This document shows, piece after piece, positions 8,652 through 17,894 of a DNA stretch of 42,167 nt; positions within the stretch are counted from its first letter, which is position 1, and each line of letters begins with the position of its first letter. The notes under the pieces were generated by a model. The model was not told the DNA's origin and ran no database searches. It saw only the letters and a program-made list of their open reading frames with translations. The stretch is from an uncultured Acetatifactor sp. (GTDB lineage: Bacteria > Bacillota > Clostridia > Lachnospirales > Lachnospiraceae): contig CAZVWN010000001.1 of assembly GCA_964631065.1 (NCBI GenBank), positions 1 through 42,167 of the forward strand, read 5' to 3'. The position numbers were made by a program, and so were the translations under genes.

Positions 8652-9674
8652 TTACAGCAGTCTCCGGATACTCTCCTTGATGACGAGCCGCCCCTCCACG
8701 ATATGCGTACCGTAGCGGCAGGGTTCGTTCTCCATCCGTTTCACCAGAATTTTAACCGCCTGTTTCGCCATCGCCGTCTGGTCGACCTCATAGGTCGTGA
8801 TCCCGACGTCGCAGATCCCGGGATAGATATAATTATCGAAGCCGGCGACGGAAATGTCTTCCGGAACGCGGTACCCGCAGGCGCGCAGCTTCTGGATCAT
8901 CCTTCCCGCCGTAAGATCGCAGTTACAGAAGAACGCCGTCGGCATCTCCTTCGGCAGAAGCAGCAGATCCTCCTCGATATAACCGCTCTCCATATCGCGG
9001 TCGTTTAACCGCCAGTCCTCGCGCGGACGGATGCCGTGCTCCATCAGCGCCTTGACATAGCCGAAATACCGGTCCGTAATGGAGCCTGTCGCGAGAAGCG
9101 TTCCGACGTATCCGATCCTCGTATGCCCCTGCGACAGCAGATAATTTGTCAGATGATACGCGCCGTAATAGCTGTCGGAGACGATGGAATCCGAATTATG
9201 CTCCTCTTCCGTAAAATCCATATACACAATGGGAACGCCGCTGTTTTCCTTTAAGAGCTTCAGAAAGCCCGACGCCATCCTGCCGATCACGATCACGCCG
9301 TGAACCTTCTGTTCCCGTATTACCTTCGGCAGCTCCAGATTTTCCTCCATCCTCCGGCTGATGACCTCCATCAGCGTAAAGCACTCGTACCCGAGCGCAC
9401 TGGTGGAAACGTGCTGATACATCTGCCAGTAAAAGGATTCGTACTTATCCAGATATCCCTCCTCGATCAGCACGCCGATCGTATGGCTCTGTCTGCCCTT
9501 GCGTTCCTTCTGAACGGCAGAGGGCTGTTTATAGCCGAGCTCGTCCGCAAGCTTTCTGATCCGATCCCGCATCTCCTCGCTGACGCCCTTTTGTCCGGAG
9601 AGCGCCTTGGATACCGTGACCGCGCTGACGCCGACTCTTTCCGCGATATCTGCCAGTTTTACTGCTTTTGCCAT
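8652..9674 (-). CDS. LacI-family transcriptional regulator
   Basis: HTH VKLADIAERVGVSAVTVSKAL..VSEEMRDRI..ADELGY; sensor-domain motifs PTAFFCNCD and GYRVPEDISVAGFDN. Confidence 0.93.
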   Translation of the reverse strand: MAKAVKLADIAERVGVSAVTVSKALSGQKGVSEEMRDRIRKLADELGYKQPSAVQKERKGRQSHTIGVLIEEGYLDKYESFYWQMYQHVSTSALGYECFTLMEVISRRMEENLELPKVIREQKVHGVIVIGRMASGFLKLLKENSGVPIVYMDFTEEEHNSDSIVSDSYYGAYHLTNYLLSQGHTRIGYVGTLLATGSITDRYFGYVKALMEHGIRPREDWRLNDRDMESGYIEEDLLLLPKEMPTAFFCNCDLTAGRMIQKLRACGYRVPEDISVAGFDNYIYPGICDVGITTYEVDQTAMAKQAVKILVKRMENEPCRYGTHIVEGRLVIKESIRRLL

Positions 9675-9716
9675 AACAAATCTCCTTTTTTCAGGATTTC
9701 CTACCCTTAGGGCTGC

Positions 9717-11909
9717 TTACGCTTCCGCTGTCAGCCGGATCAGCTTTGACTGATAATCTCCCCACATTGCGGGAACCGGAATACCGGCGTTCATCAGTGT
9801 ATCGCCGAAGTAAGTCCTTCCCGTCTCCTCATCCCGGTATTTCTTCTGCGGATCCAGTCCGGCAAGACGGATGATGCGGCTGTGATAATTCGGGCGGTTC
9901 AAGACCTGTACAAAGGTGATGAGCGCCTCGGACTTATCCTTTGCAACGACCGCGTAACAGTCGTAAAAATGATTTTCCCGATAGGAAGCGATCCTGTAAT
10001 AATCTCCGTTTCTGACAAGGTCGTTGTATTTATGATACAGGGCAATCTGCGCGGGGATCTGCGCACGGTCCTCCTCCGGAATCTTCGTGATATCCAGCTC
10101 ATAGCCGAAGGTTCCCGCGAGCGCGACATTGCCGCGCGTCGAAAACGGTGTCGTCCTGCCGACGGTATGGTTCGGACAGTCGGAAACATGCGCGCCCATC
10201 GTGGACAGCGGATAAATTAACGCCGTTCCCTCCTGGATGGAAAGTCTCTCGATCGCATCCGTATCGTCCGAGCACCAGATCTGCGGGCTGTAGTAGAGCA
10301 TGCCGGGATCAAATCTCGCCCCGCCGCCGGAGCAGTTTTCGAGGAGCAGCTTAGGAAATTCCTTCGTCAGTCTCTCCTGTAATTCATACACGGCGAGCAC
10401 ATAGCGGTGGCAGAGCTCGCCCTGATTTTCCTTCCCGAGCTTTAAGCTGCCAAGATCCGTGAGCTGACGGTTCATATCCCATTTTACATATTCGATGTTC
10501 GCGCTGTGCAGGATCTTCGCAACCGCATTGTATACATAGTCGAGCACCTCCGGGCGTGTCAGATCCAGCACGAACTGGTTTCTGGAACGGCAGGGCGTTC
10601 TTCCCTCAATGGCGATCGCCCAGTCGGGATGCGCGCGGTACAGCTCGGAATCGGGTGAGATCATCTCCGGCTCAAACCAGATGCCGAACTTCAGTCCGAT
10701 CTTATTGACCTCGTCCACAAGATGCTTTAAGCCTCCGGGAAGCTTTTTCTCATTGACCGTCCAGTCGCCGAGACTCGTATTGTCGTCATTGCGGTACCCA
10801 AACCACCCGTCGTCCATGACGAGCATCTCGATGCCCGCCTTCTTCGCCTCCTTCGCGATGGCGATCAGCTTCTCCGTATTGAAATCAAAATAAGTAGCCT
10901 CCCAGTTGTTGATCAGGATCGGACGCTTTTTATCCTTATAGGGGCTTCTGATCAGATGCTGTCTGTAAAGGTCATGGAAGGTTCTGCTCATCCCGCCGAG
11001 CCCCTGCGCGGAGTAATTTAAGATAACCTCCGGCGCGGTAAAGCGCTCACCGGGCTTTACCTCAAAGCAGAAATTCTTGGGATGGATTCCCAGCTGTACC
11101 CGCAGACTGTCAAACTGGTTCTTCTCGACCTGTGCGAGGAAGTTTCCGGAATAGACGAAATGGAAGCCGTATACCTCGCCGCTCTCCTGCGTCGCCTTTT
11201 CAGAGACAAGCGCGAGGAAGGGATGCTCCTGATGGGAGGATTCGCCCTTGGTCGAGCCGACGCTCTGCTTTCCGTAGCCGATCTCCCGAAGGTCCATATG
11301 CCGCTCCCTCGCCCAGGAGCCGTGCAGGGTCAAAAGCTTATAATCCGCCTGATCCATGTCCACGCTCGCCGACATGATCCGCGTCAGAAAGAAGCTTTCC
11401 GCCGAAACATTTTTGATCTCCACGCTTCTTGCAACGACATCCAGTCCTTTAAAAATACTGTAACGCAGGGTTGCCTCCATCCCTAAGACCTGATCCTTCG
11501 CGTCGATCTCCAGCGTCATACATTCCGTATCGTCTCCAAAGGTCGCGGGAAGTCCGGCAAGACGGGGCTTTCCGTTAAAGATCCTGTGCGCCTGATACGT
11601 CAGCTCCACGGCGTTATGTCCCGCCGCATCCTGTACCTCGATGGCGCTCTCGCGGTAATCGCCCGTGTTGCTGCCCGGAAACTCCATCGGGAAGGTATCG
11701 AAGAAGGAGCTTCTGTCCCTGTTGTTTTTCGAGGGAACGAACGGATTTTCCTCCGTCCGCATCAGATACGCCGCGTCACTGTCGCTGATCGTTTTCCCGT
11801 AGTAAATATGTCCGATAAAGCCCTCTTCATCCGCAATGCCGATCAGATAGCTTGTATGTTCCGTGTCCAGTTTAAAAACTCTGTTGTTCTCATCATACCT
11901 GATATTCAT
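9717..11909 (-). CDS. GH36 alpha-galactosidase (730 aa)
   Basis: Motifs NNWEATYFDF, VMDDGWFG, FGIWFEPEM, YVKWDMNR (nucleophile), ENCSGGGARFD, WCSDDTDA (acid/base). Start moved to ATG 11909 (AGGGAG RBS). No signal peptide. Confidence 0.95.
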   Translation of the reverse strand: MNIRYDENNRVFKLDTEHTSYLIGIADEEGFIGHIYYGKTISDSDAAYLMRTEENPFVPSKNNRDRSSFFDTFPMEFPGSNTGDYRESAIEVQDAAGHNAVELTYQAHRIFNGKPRLAGLPATFGDDTECMTLEIDAKDQVLGMEATLRYSIFKGLDVVARSVEIKNVSAESFFLTRIMSASVDMDQADYKLLTLHGSWARERHMDLREIGYGKQSVGSTKGESSHQEHPFLALVSEKATQESGEVYGFHFVYSGNFLAQVEKNQFDSLRVQLGIHPKNFCFEVKPGERFTAPEVILNYSAQGLGGMSRTFHDLYRQHLIRSPYKDKKRPILINNWEATYFDFNTEKLIAIAKEAKKAGIEMLVMDDGWFGYRNDDNTSLGDWTVNEKKLPGGLKHLVDEVNKIGLKFGIWFEPEMISPDSELYRAHPDWAIAIEGRTPCRSRNQFVLDLTRPEVLDYVYNAVAKILHSANIEYVKWDMNRQLTDLGSLKLGKENQGELCHRYVLAVYELQERLTKEFPKLLLENCSGGGARFDPGMLYYSPQIWCSDDTDAIERLSIQEGTALIYPLSTMGAHVSDCPNHTVGRTTPFSTRGNVALAGTFGYELDITKIPEEDRAQIPAQIALYHKYNDLVRNGDYYRIASYRENHFYDCYAVVAKDKSEALITFVQVLNRPNYHSRIIRLAGLDPQKKYRDEETGRTYFGDTLMNAGIPVPAMWGDYQSKLIRLTAEA

Positions 11910-12057
11910 ACTCTCTCCCTTTCCAAAGCCTTTTACGGCATTTTTTGTCCGGCGCCGTCTTTTCGCCCGACAGTTCCTCTCTAACACTATCATATGGGAA
12001 ATCCCTCTCTTTTTAAATAGATAAATTAAACAAATTATCTTTTCTATTTTATCAATT

Positions 12058-12085
12058 TTAACTAAAATTAAGTAATTTTAGTTAA
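12058..12085. promoter_or_regulatory. Perfect 13-2-13 palindrome, candidate operator of the mannan locus
   Basis: TTAACTAAAATTA-AG-TAATTTTAGTTAA upstream of GH36; related sites at about 6913-6930, 7003-7022 and 7091-7108. Confidence 0.6.
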
Positions 12086-12086
12086 G

Positions 12087-12115
12087 AAAAAGCTGCCCGG
12101 ATTTCCCGGACAGCT
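12087..12115 (-). terminator. Rho-independent terminator ending the argH...LbH run
   Basis: Minus strand AGCTGTCCGG-GAAAT-CCGGGCAGCT followed by a T-tract. Confidence 0.75.
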
Positions 12116-12146
12116 CCTGCGCTTCTCTTTCTTTCTATTTTTATTT

Positions 12147-12827
12147 CTATTCCTTCTCTGCAATTTCCGTCTTCGTCTTATAGATGCTGTGCGGAGGAAC
12201 AACGCCGCGCACCATGGAGGTCGGATAGATGTTGGATTCCCGCCCGATCACGGTTCCGGGGTTTAAAACGCTGTTACAGCCGACCTCGACGTGATCTCCG
12301 AGCATGGCACCCATCTTTTTTAATCCGGTCTCAAGACGGCATTCCCTTCCCTTTACGACAACGGGCGTCTTATCGCTCTTTACGTTGGACGTAATGGAGC
12401 CCGCGCCCATATGCGCCTTATAGCCGAGCACGCTGTCTCCGACGTAATTGTAATGCGGAACCTGCACCTTATTGAACAGGATGACATTCTTCAGCTCCGT
12501 GGAATTGCCGACGACCGCGCCCTTTCCGACAATGGCATTTCCCCGGATGAACGCGCAATGTCTGATCTCCGCGTCCTCATCCACGATCAGCGGTCCGTTT
12601 AACGCCGCCGTCGGCGCAATCTTCGCGCTCTTTGCCACCCAGACGTCTTCGCCGCGTTTTTCGTAAACGTCGGGGGAAAGCGTCTTTCCCAGCGCAAGGA
12701 TAAAGTCATGAATCTTCGGGAGCACCTCCCATGGATATTTCACGCCGTCAAAAATCCCGGCGGCAATCGTCTCATTCAGATCGTAAAGCTCTGCAACCGT
12801 TATCTGCTCCACTTTTATTTCCTCCAT
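12147..12827 (-). CDS. Left-handed beta-helix acyltransferase resembling the GlmU C-terminal (glucosamine-1-P N-acetyltransferase) domain, stand-alone
   Basis: Hexapeptide repeats; motifs VPHYNYVGDSVLG, MGAGSITSN, KMGAMLGDHVEVGCNSVL; no nucleotidyltransferase N-domain. Confidence 0.75.
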   Translation of the reverse strand: MEEIKVEQITVAELYDLNETIAAGIFDGVKYPWEVLPKIHDFILALGKTLSPDVYEKRGEDVWVAKSAKIAPTAALNGPLIVDEDAEIRHCAFIRGNAIVGKGAVVGNSTELKNVILFNKVQVPHYNYVGDSVLGYKAHMGAGSITSNVKSDKTPVVVKGRECRLETGLKKMGAMLGDHVEVGCNSVLNPGTVIGRESNIYPTSMVRGVVPPHSIYKTKTEIAEKE

Positions 12828-12884
12828 TCCCTTCTGCCGCTTCGCCGGGCTTTTTCCTCTGCCCGGTCTTCCTTCCGCAGCCCT

Positions 12885-14966
12885 TTACTTCGTCTCGCCC
12901 TTCTTTACGGGCGTCTTATAATTTGCTGCCGCCGCGTCAAACATGCCGTAAAGCTGTCTCTGGTTATTCAGGCGCTTTACATACTCCGTTCTCCTGCCGA
13001 CAAAGCCCGTCAGCTTCTCCATGTACTCATCCGCAGTGATCGTTCCGTCGGCAACCATCGTCAGTCCCTTCTCCCAGCTCGCCGTCAGCGCGGGGTCAAG
13101 AAGCGGTCTGATCGAGCCGCCGACGACATCATAGATCATCTCCCCCATCAGCGTCGGGGTCAGGATCTGTGATTTTTTATTCAATGCAAGGTACTCGATA
13201 TTGACAAGCTTTTTTAAGATCTCCGCGCGCGTCGCGCTCGTACCGATACCGCTTCCCTTGATCTGCGCCCGCAGCTCCTCGTCCTCGATAAACTGTCCGG
13301 CATTCTCCATCGTCAGGATGATGCTGCCCGAGGTATAACGCTTCGGCGGGGAGGTCTCGCCCTCTCTGATCTCATAGGAGTCCGTCGAAAGCACATCGCC
13401 CTTCTTAAGCTTTTCCAGAAGTCCGGTCAGCTCGCCGTCACAGCGGATCTCCTTCTCTTCCTCGCTCTTTTCGTCTCCCGACGTTTCATCCTCCGCCCGG
13501 GCGCTTCCCTGCGCGGGGCCTTTCTCTTTCTCTTTTTCCGCACCCTTCTTAAAGACAAAGGCGACCTTCTGATACCCTTCCTCCAGCAGTGCCTTAAAGT
13601 TTGCAAAAAAGCATTCTTCCTTTACCCTGACGCAGAGCGCGATCTTCTGATACACCGCCGGCGGGTAAAAAATACTTAAAAACCGTCTTGCGATCAGCTC
13701 ATAAACCTTCGCGGACAGCGGCGCGACGCTCCCGAGATTATTCAGTCCCTGCCCGGTCGGTATGACCGCGTAATGATCCGTGATCTGCTTATCGTTGACA
13801 TACCGCGTCTTCGCAATCCCCTTAAAGCTGCCGTTTTCCAGAATTTCTGCGGCAAATCCGGACAGCGGCGCATATCTCTGAAGTCCGGCGATATTCTTAT
13901 GAATCTCCTTTGCAACCGCCGTCGAGAGGACACGCGCGTCCGTTCGCGGATAGGTCACAAGCTTTTTCTCGTAAAGCTCCTGAATGATGCTTAAGGTCTG
14001 ATCGGGGCTGATCTTAAAGAAACGGGAGCAGTCATTCTGCAATTCCGCCAGATTATATAAAAGCGGCGGATTTTTCTTTTCCTTTTTCCGCTCGATACGC
14101 TCCACCGTCGCCTCTGAAACCGGCCCGCTTTCGAGCTGCCCGATCAGCTTTTCGGCGCTTTCGCGCGTCCTGAACCCGTTTTCCTTATACAGCTCCGGAG
14201 ACAGATACCAATGCGAGCCTTCCACCGCTCTCCATTCTCCCGTAACAGTCTTCTCCTGAAGCTTAAAATTTCCGAACACCCTGTAAAACGGCTGCTTTAC
14301 GAAAGAGCGGATCTCCCGCTCTCTGTTTACGACAATGCCCAGCACGCAGGTCATGACCCTGCCGACGGAGATCACGGCGCGGTCACGCTTTAGGTAATCC
14401 TTCACCGTCCAACCGTATTTCAGCGTCAGCGCACGCGAAAAATTGATGCCCATGAGGTAATCCTCCTTCGCGCGCAGATAAGCGGCATCACTCAAATGAT
14501 CATACTCGCTTAAATCCTTCGCTTCCCGGATGCCGCGCAGAATCTCTTCCTCCGTCTGGGAATCGATCCAGACCCTTCTGCGCTCCTTCCCCGTAACGCC
14601 GGAGAGCTGCTCGACAAGCCGGTAAATGTATTCTCCCTCACGCCCCGAGTCCGTGCAGACATAAATCGTCGTCACGTCGTTTCTGTTTAACAGGGAGCTG
14701 ACGATGCGAAACTGCTTTTTCGAGCTCTCTATCACTTCATACTTAAATTCCTGCGGCAGAAACGGGATGGTGTCAAAGCTCCACCGCTTATATTTTTCAT
14801 CATACACCTCCGGATAGCTCATCGTTACAAGATGCCCGACGCACCAGGTAACGATCGCGTTCTCCGACTCAAGATACCCGTCTCTTGATGCCGTGCTGAT
14901 CTTGAGCGCATTCGCAAACTCTCTCGCAACGCTCGGCTTCTCCGCAATAAATAAACTTTTCCCCAC
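12885..14966 (-). CDS. topB: Type IA DNA topoisomerase (topoisomerase III-like)
   Basis: TOPRIM motifs IAEKPSVA and TDSGREGE; SVGRV; catalytic Tyr in VTYPRTD; HYAVIPT; GIGTSATRA. GTG start with AAGGAG RBS. Confidence 0.88.
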   Translation of the reverse strand: MGKSLFIAEKPSVAREFANALKISTASRDGYLESENAIVTWCVGHLVTMSYPEVYDEKYKRWSFDTIPFLPQEFKYEVIESSKKQFRIVSSLLNRNDVTTIYVCTDSGREGEYIYRLVEQLSGVTGKERRRVWIDSQTEEEILRGIREAKDLSEYDHLSDAAYLRAKEDYLMGINFSRALTLKYGWTVKDYLKRDRAVISVGRVMTCVLGIVVNREREIRSFVKQPFYRVFGNFKLQEKTVTGEWRAVEGSHWYLSPELYKENGFRTRESAEKLIGQLESGPVSEATVERIERKKEKKNPPLLYNLAELQNDCSRFFKISPDQTLSIIQELYEKKLVTYPRTDARVLSTAVAKEIHKNIAGLQRYAPLSGFAAEILENGSFKGIAKTRYVNDKQITDHYAVIPTGQGLNNLGSVAPLSAKVYELIARRFLSIFYPPAVYQKIALCVRVKEECFFANFKALLEEGYQKVAFVFKKGAEKEKEKGPAQGSARAEDETSGDEKSEEEKEIRCDGELTGLLEKLKKGDVLSTDSYEIREGETSPPKRYTSGSIILTMENAGQFIEDEELRAQIKGSGIGTSATRAEILKKLVNIEYLALNKKSQILTPTLMGEMIYDVVGGSIRPLLDPALTASWEKGLTMVADGTITADEYMEKLTGFVGRRTEYVKRLNNQRQLYGMFDAAAANYKTPVKKGETK

Positions 14967-15006
14967 GAATCTCCTTCACTTTCCCTGATTTCTAACGCTT
15001 TATCCG

Positions 15007-16731
15007 TCAGTCGGTTCCCGTCAGAAAACGCTCCTCAAACTCTGCCGGAAGCAGCGGCTTGCTGAACAGATACCCCTGAATGACGTCGCAGCCGATCGAA
15101 TGCAGATAATGATACTGCTGCTCCTCCTCAACGCCCTCCGCAATGGACTCAAAGCCGAGGGATTTTACCATGTTGATGATGGATTCCGTGATGACCCTTG
15201 TCGCCGAATCCGTCATAACGGTGTCAATAAAGGACTTGTCGATCTTTAAGGTATCGATCGGCAGCTTTTTCAGATAGGAAAGCGAGGAAAAGCCCGTTCC
15301 GAAATCGTCCAGGGAAATACGGATGCCGTAATCCTTGAGCACCTTCAGCTTTTCAAAGACTGTCTTAAAATCATCGATCAGCACCGTCTCCGTGATCTCC
15401 AGCTCGATCTCGGACGGCTTTACCCGATACTTATTTAACAGCTCCACGATCGTATCCACAAAATTCTCTTTTTTATACTGGATCGCAGAAATGTTGATGG
15501 ACATGATAAAGGGAAAGCCGAACTGCTTCCGCCATATGGAATACTGCCTTATGCTCTCCTCCACGACCCATCTGCCGATTGTGACGATCGAGCCGTTTTT
15601 CTCCGCGATCGGAATAAAGGTTGCGGGACTGATCATCCGTTTCTCCTCATCCCGCCAGCGGATCAGCGCCTCCACGCCGCGCAGTCTTCTGTTTCCCGCG
15701 TAGTACTGCGGCTGGTAGCACATATAAAAATCATTGTCATAGACGGCTTTTTTCAGCTTGTTTTCCAGCTCCACCGAATGCAGGAAATTTTCCAGAATCG
15801 GCGCATCAAAATACTGCAGCAGATTTCTCCCCTGCTTTTTACACTTATAGACGACCAGCTCCGCGCAGTTGATCAGCTCAAGGGCGGACGTGGATGCCTC
15901 GGGATACTCCGCGACGCCCACGCTCACCGTAATGCTGATATTCTGTCCCGAGCTGATATGGAACACCTCTGCGGTCCGTTTTCTGATCGCCCTGTATATT
16001 GTTTCCACACTTCTTGCCCCGGAAGGGTCATAGATCGCCATACAGAAAACGTCGCTGTGCAGATGGCATGCGATCACATGATCGTCACAGAACTCCTTCA
16101 GAAAGAAGCCGAACTGCTGTACCAGCTCGTCTCCGACGACAATGCCGAGACTGTCATTGACCTTGCGGAACTCGTCGATATCGAGAACGAGCACGCTGAT
16201 CACATGCTGGTTCTCCGACGCCTTTCGCACATATTCCGTCAGCATCCGCACAAAATAATTGCGGTTGTACAGTCCCGTCAGTCCGTCGTAATACGCCATA
16301 TACGTCAGCTCTTCATTCTGCGCGCGTATTTTCGTGACATTCTTGACATAGAGCACCTTCTCCGTCGGCTGCCCGTCCGCGCCATAGGTCACATGGATGC
16401 GGAACTCGTACCAGACCTTCCGCTCCTTCATCCTGCATTCCAGCGTCCGCGTCTCCTCTCCCTGCTTCTCCAGAAAAAGAAGCTCCCTGAGCGCAAGGAG
16501 AAAGGATTCCTCAACAGTCTCCGTCAGCGCGGTATACTCCCGCATCTCCCGTATCTCATGTCCGAAAAATTCATTCCACTGCCCCAGCGTATAAAAACAG
16601 TTCTTTTCAAAGGAATAGTACAGATAAGCGCCCTCTGCGCTCTCGCAGACCTTCGCATACATCTTATCCTTTTCCGTCAGTTTTCTGTTCATTGCCTTCA
16701 GCAGATCCAGTTGATAGCGCAGCTCGCTCAT
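15007..16731 (-). CDS. PAS-like / degenerate GGDEF / EAL protein, likely c-di-GMP phosphodiesterase
   Basis: YDGLTGLYNR and DIDEFRKVND..G..VGD are present, but the A-site reads HSDVF. EAL motifs intact (EALIRW, ELEITE, DDFGTGFSSL, KIDKSF, EGVE, QGY). Start at ATG 16731 with GGAGG RBS. Confidence 0.88.
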   Translation of the reverse strand: MSELRYQLDLLKAMNRKLTEKDKMYAKVCESAEGAYLYYSFEKNCFYTLGQWNEFFGHEIREMREYTALTETVEESFLLALRELLFLEKQGEETRTLECRMKERKVWYEFRIHVTYGADGQPTEKVLYVKNVTKIRAQNEELTYMAYYDGLTGLYNRNYFVRMLTEYVRKASENQHVISVLVLDIDEFRKVNDSLGIVVGDELVQQFGFFLKEFCDDHVIACHLHSDVFCMAIYDPSGARSVETIYRAIRKRTAEVFHISSGQNISITVSVGVAEYPEASTSALELINCAELVVYKCKKQGRNLLQYFDAPILENFLHSVELENKLKKAVYDNDFYMCYQPQYYAGNRRLRGVEALIRWRDEEKRMISPATFIPIAEKNGSIVTIGRWVVEESIRQYSIWRKQFGFPFIMSINISAIQYKKENFVDTIVELLNKYRVKPSEIELEITETVLIDDFKTVFEKLKVLKDYGIRISLDDFGTGFSSLSYLKKLPIDTLKIDKSFIDTVMTDSATRVITESIINMVKSLGFESIAEGVEEEQQYHYLHSIGCDVIQGYLFSKPLLPAEFEERFLTGTD

Positions 16732-16764
16732 GTTTCCCTCCCTACGGGGCACTTTCGTTTCTCT

Positions 16765-17853
16765 TTACTTCGCGGTAATGTATCCCTGCGCCTTCAGAAG
16801 CTCCGCACAGAGTACGGCGCCTCCCGCCGCGCCTCTTACCGTGTTGTGGGACAGTCCGACGAACTTATAATCGTAAACCGTATCCTCGCGCAGTCTTCCG
16901 ACGCTGATCCCCATACCGTTCTCAAAGTTTACATCCATGGAAACCTGCGGTCTGTTATCGTCCTCAAGGTATTGGATGAACTGCTTCGGCGCGCTGGGCA
17001 GTCCGAGTCTCTGCGGCTCTCCGGAGAATGCGCGGAGCTTTTCGATGAGCTGCTCCTTCGTCGGCTTCTTTTTAAACCTTACAAATACGGCAGCCGTATG
17101 GCCGTTCAGAACGGGAACGCGGATACACTGACAGGTAATCACGGGACTTGTCGCGGGAACGATCACGCCGTCCTCGATCTTACCCCAGATCCGCAACGGC
17201 TCCTTCTCGCTCTTTTCCTCCTCGCCGCCGATATAGGGGATGATGTTTCCGACCATCTCCGGCCAGTCCTTAAAGGTCTTCCCTGCGCCGGAAATCGCCT
17301 GATACGTCGTCGCAACGACCTCAACCGGCTCAAACTCCTTCCATGCCGTGAGAACGGGCGCATAGCTCTGAATGGAGCAGTTCGGCTTTACGGCGACAAA
17401 GCCTCTCTTCGTGCCGAGACGCTTCTTCTGAAATTCGATCACCTGCATATGCTCCGGATTGATCTCCGGAACGACCATGGGAACATCCGGTGTCCAGCGG
17501 TGTGCGCTGTTATTGGAGACAACAGGGGTCTCCGTCTTCGCATATTCCTCCTCGATCTTTTTGATCTCTTCCTTCGTCATGTCAACCGCGCTGAAAACGA
17601 AATCCACCTCGGCAGCTACCTTCTCCACCTCGTTGACATTCATGACAACGAGCTTTTTTACCGCCTCCGGCATCGGCGTATCCATCTTCCATCTGTCGCC
17701 GACCGCATCCTCATAGGTCTTTCCCGCTGAACGGGGGCTCGCCGCGATCGTCGTCACCTCAAACCAGGGATGGTTCTCCAGCAGAGAGATGAATCTCTGT
17801 CCGACCATACCGGTACCGCCTAAAATACCCACTCTCAGTTTCTTCTCGCTCAT
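16765..17853 (-). CDS. asd: Aspartate-semialdehyde dehydrogenase
   Basis: GGTGMVGQ NAD motif; VPEINPEH; catalytic PNCS; YQAISGAG; HNTVRGAAG. Start at ATG 17853 with GAGGAG RBS. Confidence 0.95.
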   Translation of the reverse strand: MSEKKLRVGILGGTGMVGQRFISLLENHPWFEVTTIAASPRSAGKTYEDAVGDRWKMDTPMPEAVKKLVVMNVNEVEKVAAEVDFVFSAVDMTKEEIKKIEEEYAKTETPVVSNNSAHRWTPDVPMVVPEINPEHMQVIEFQKKRLGTKRGFVAVKPNCSIQSYAPVLTAWKEFEPVEVVATTYQAISGAGKTFKDWPEMVGNIIPYIGGEEEKSEKEPLRIWGKIEDGVIVPATSPVITCQCIRVPVLNGHTAAVFVRFKKKPTKEQLIEKLRAFSGEPQRLGLPSAPKQFIQYLEDDNRPQVSMDVNFENGMGISVGRLREDTVYDYKFVGLSHNTVRGAAGGAVLCAELLKAQGYITAK

Positions 17854-17894
17854 AATGTTCTCCTCTTTTCCGCGCAGTGCGCTTTTTCTATTCC

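Noticed and set aside
11910-11993. N-terminal extensions in the ORF track for GH36, and similarly for asd, serA, leuB, the EAL protein and the 23671 ORF
   Set aside because: Downstream ATGs have better SD sequences and match family N-termini; several extensions run into promoters or neighbouring genes.
12885-14966. topB as a marker of a conjugative element
   Set aside because: It is embedded among argH/asd housekeeping genes, with no relaxase, T4SS or visible compositional shift.
15778-17730. 650-aa plus-strand ORF, and other long antisense ORFs such as 7605-8435, 22580-23632 and 34590-35528
   Set aside because: They lie antisense to well-supported genes and have no recognisable motifs; such shadow ORFs are expected from GC-rich codon bias.
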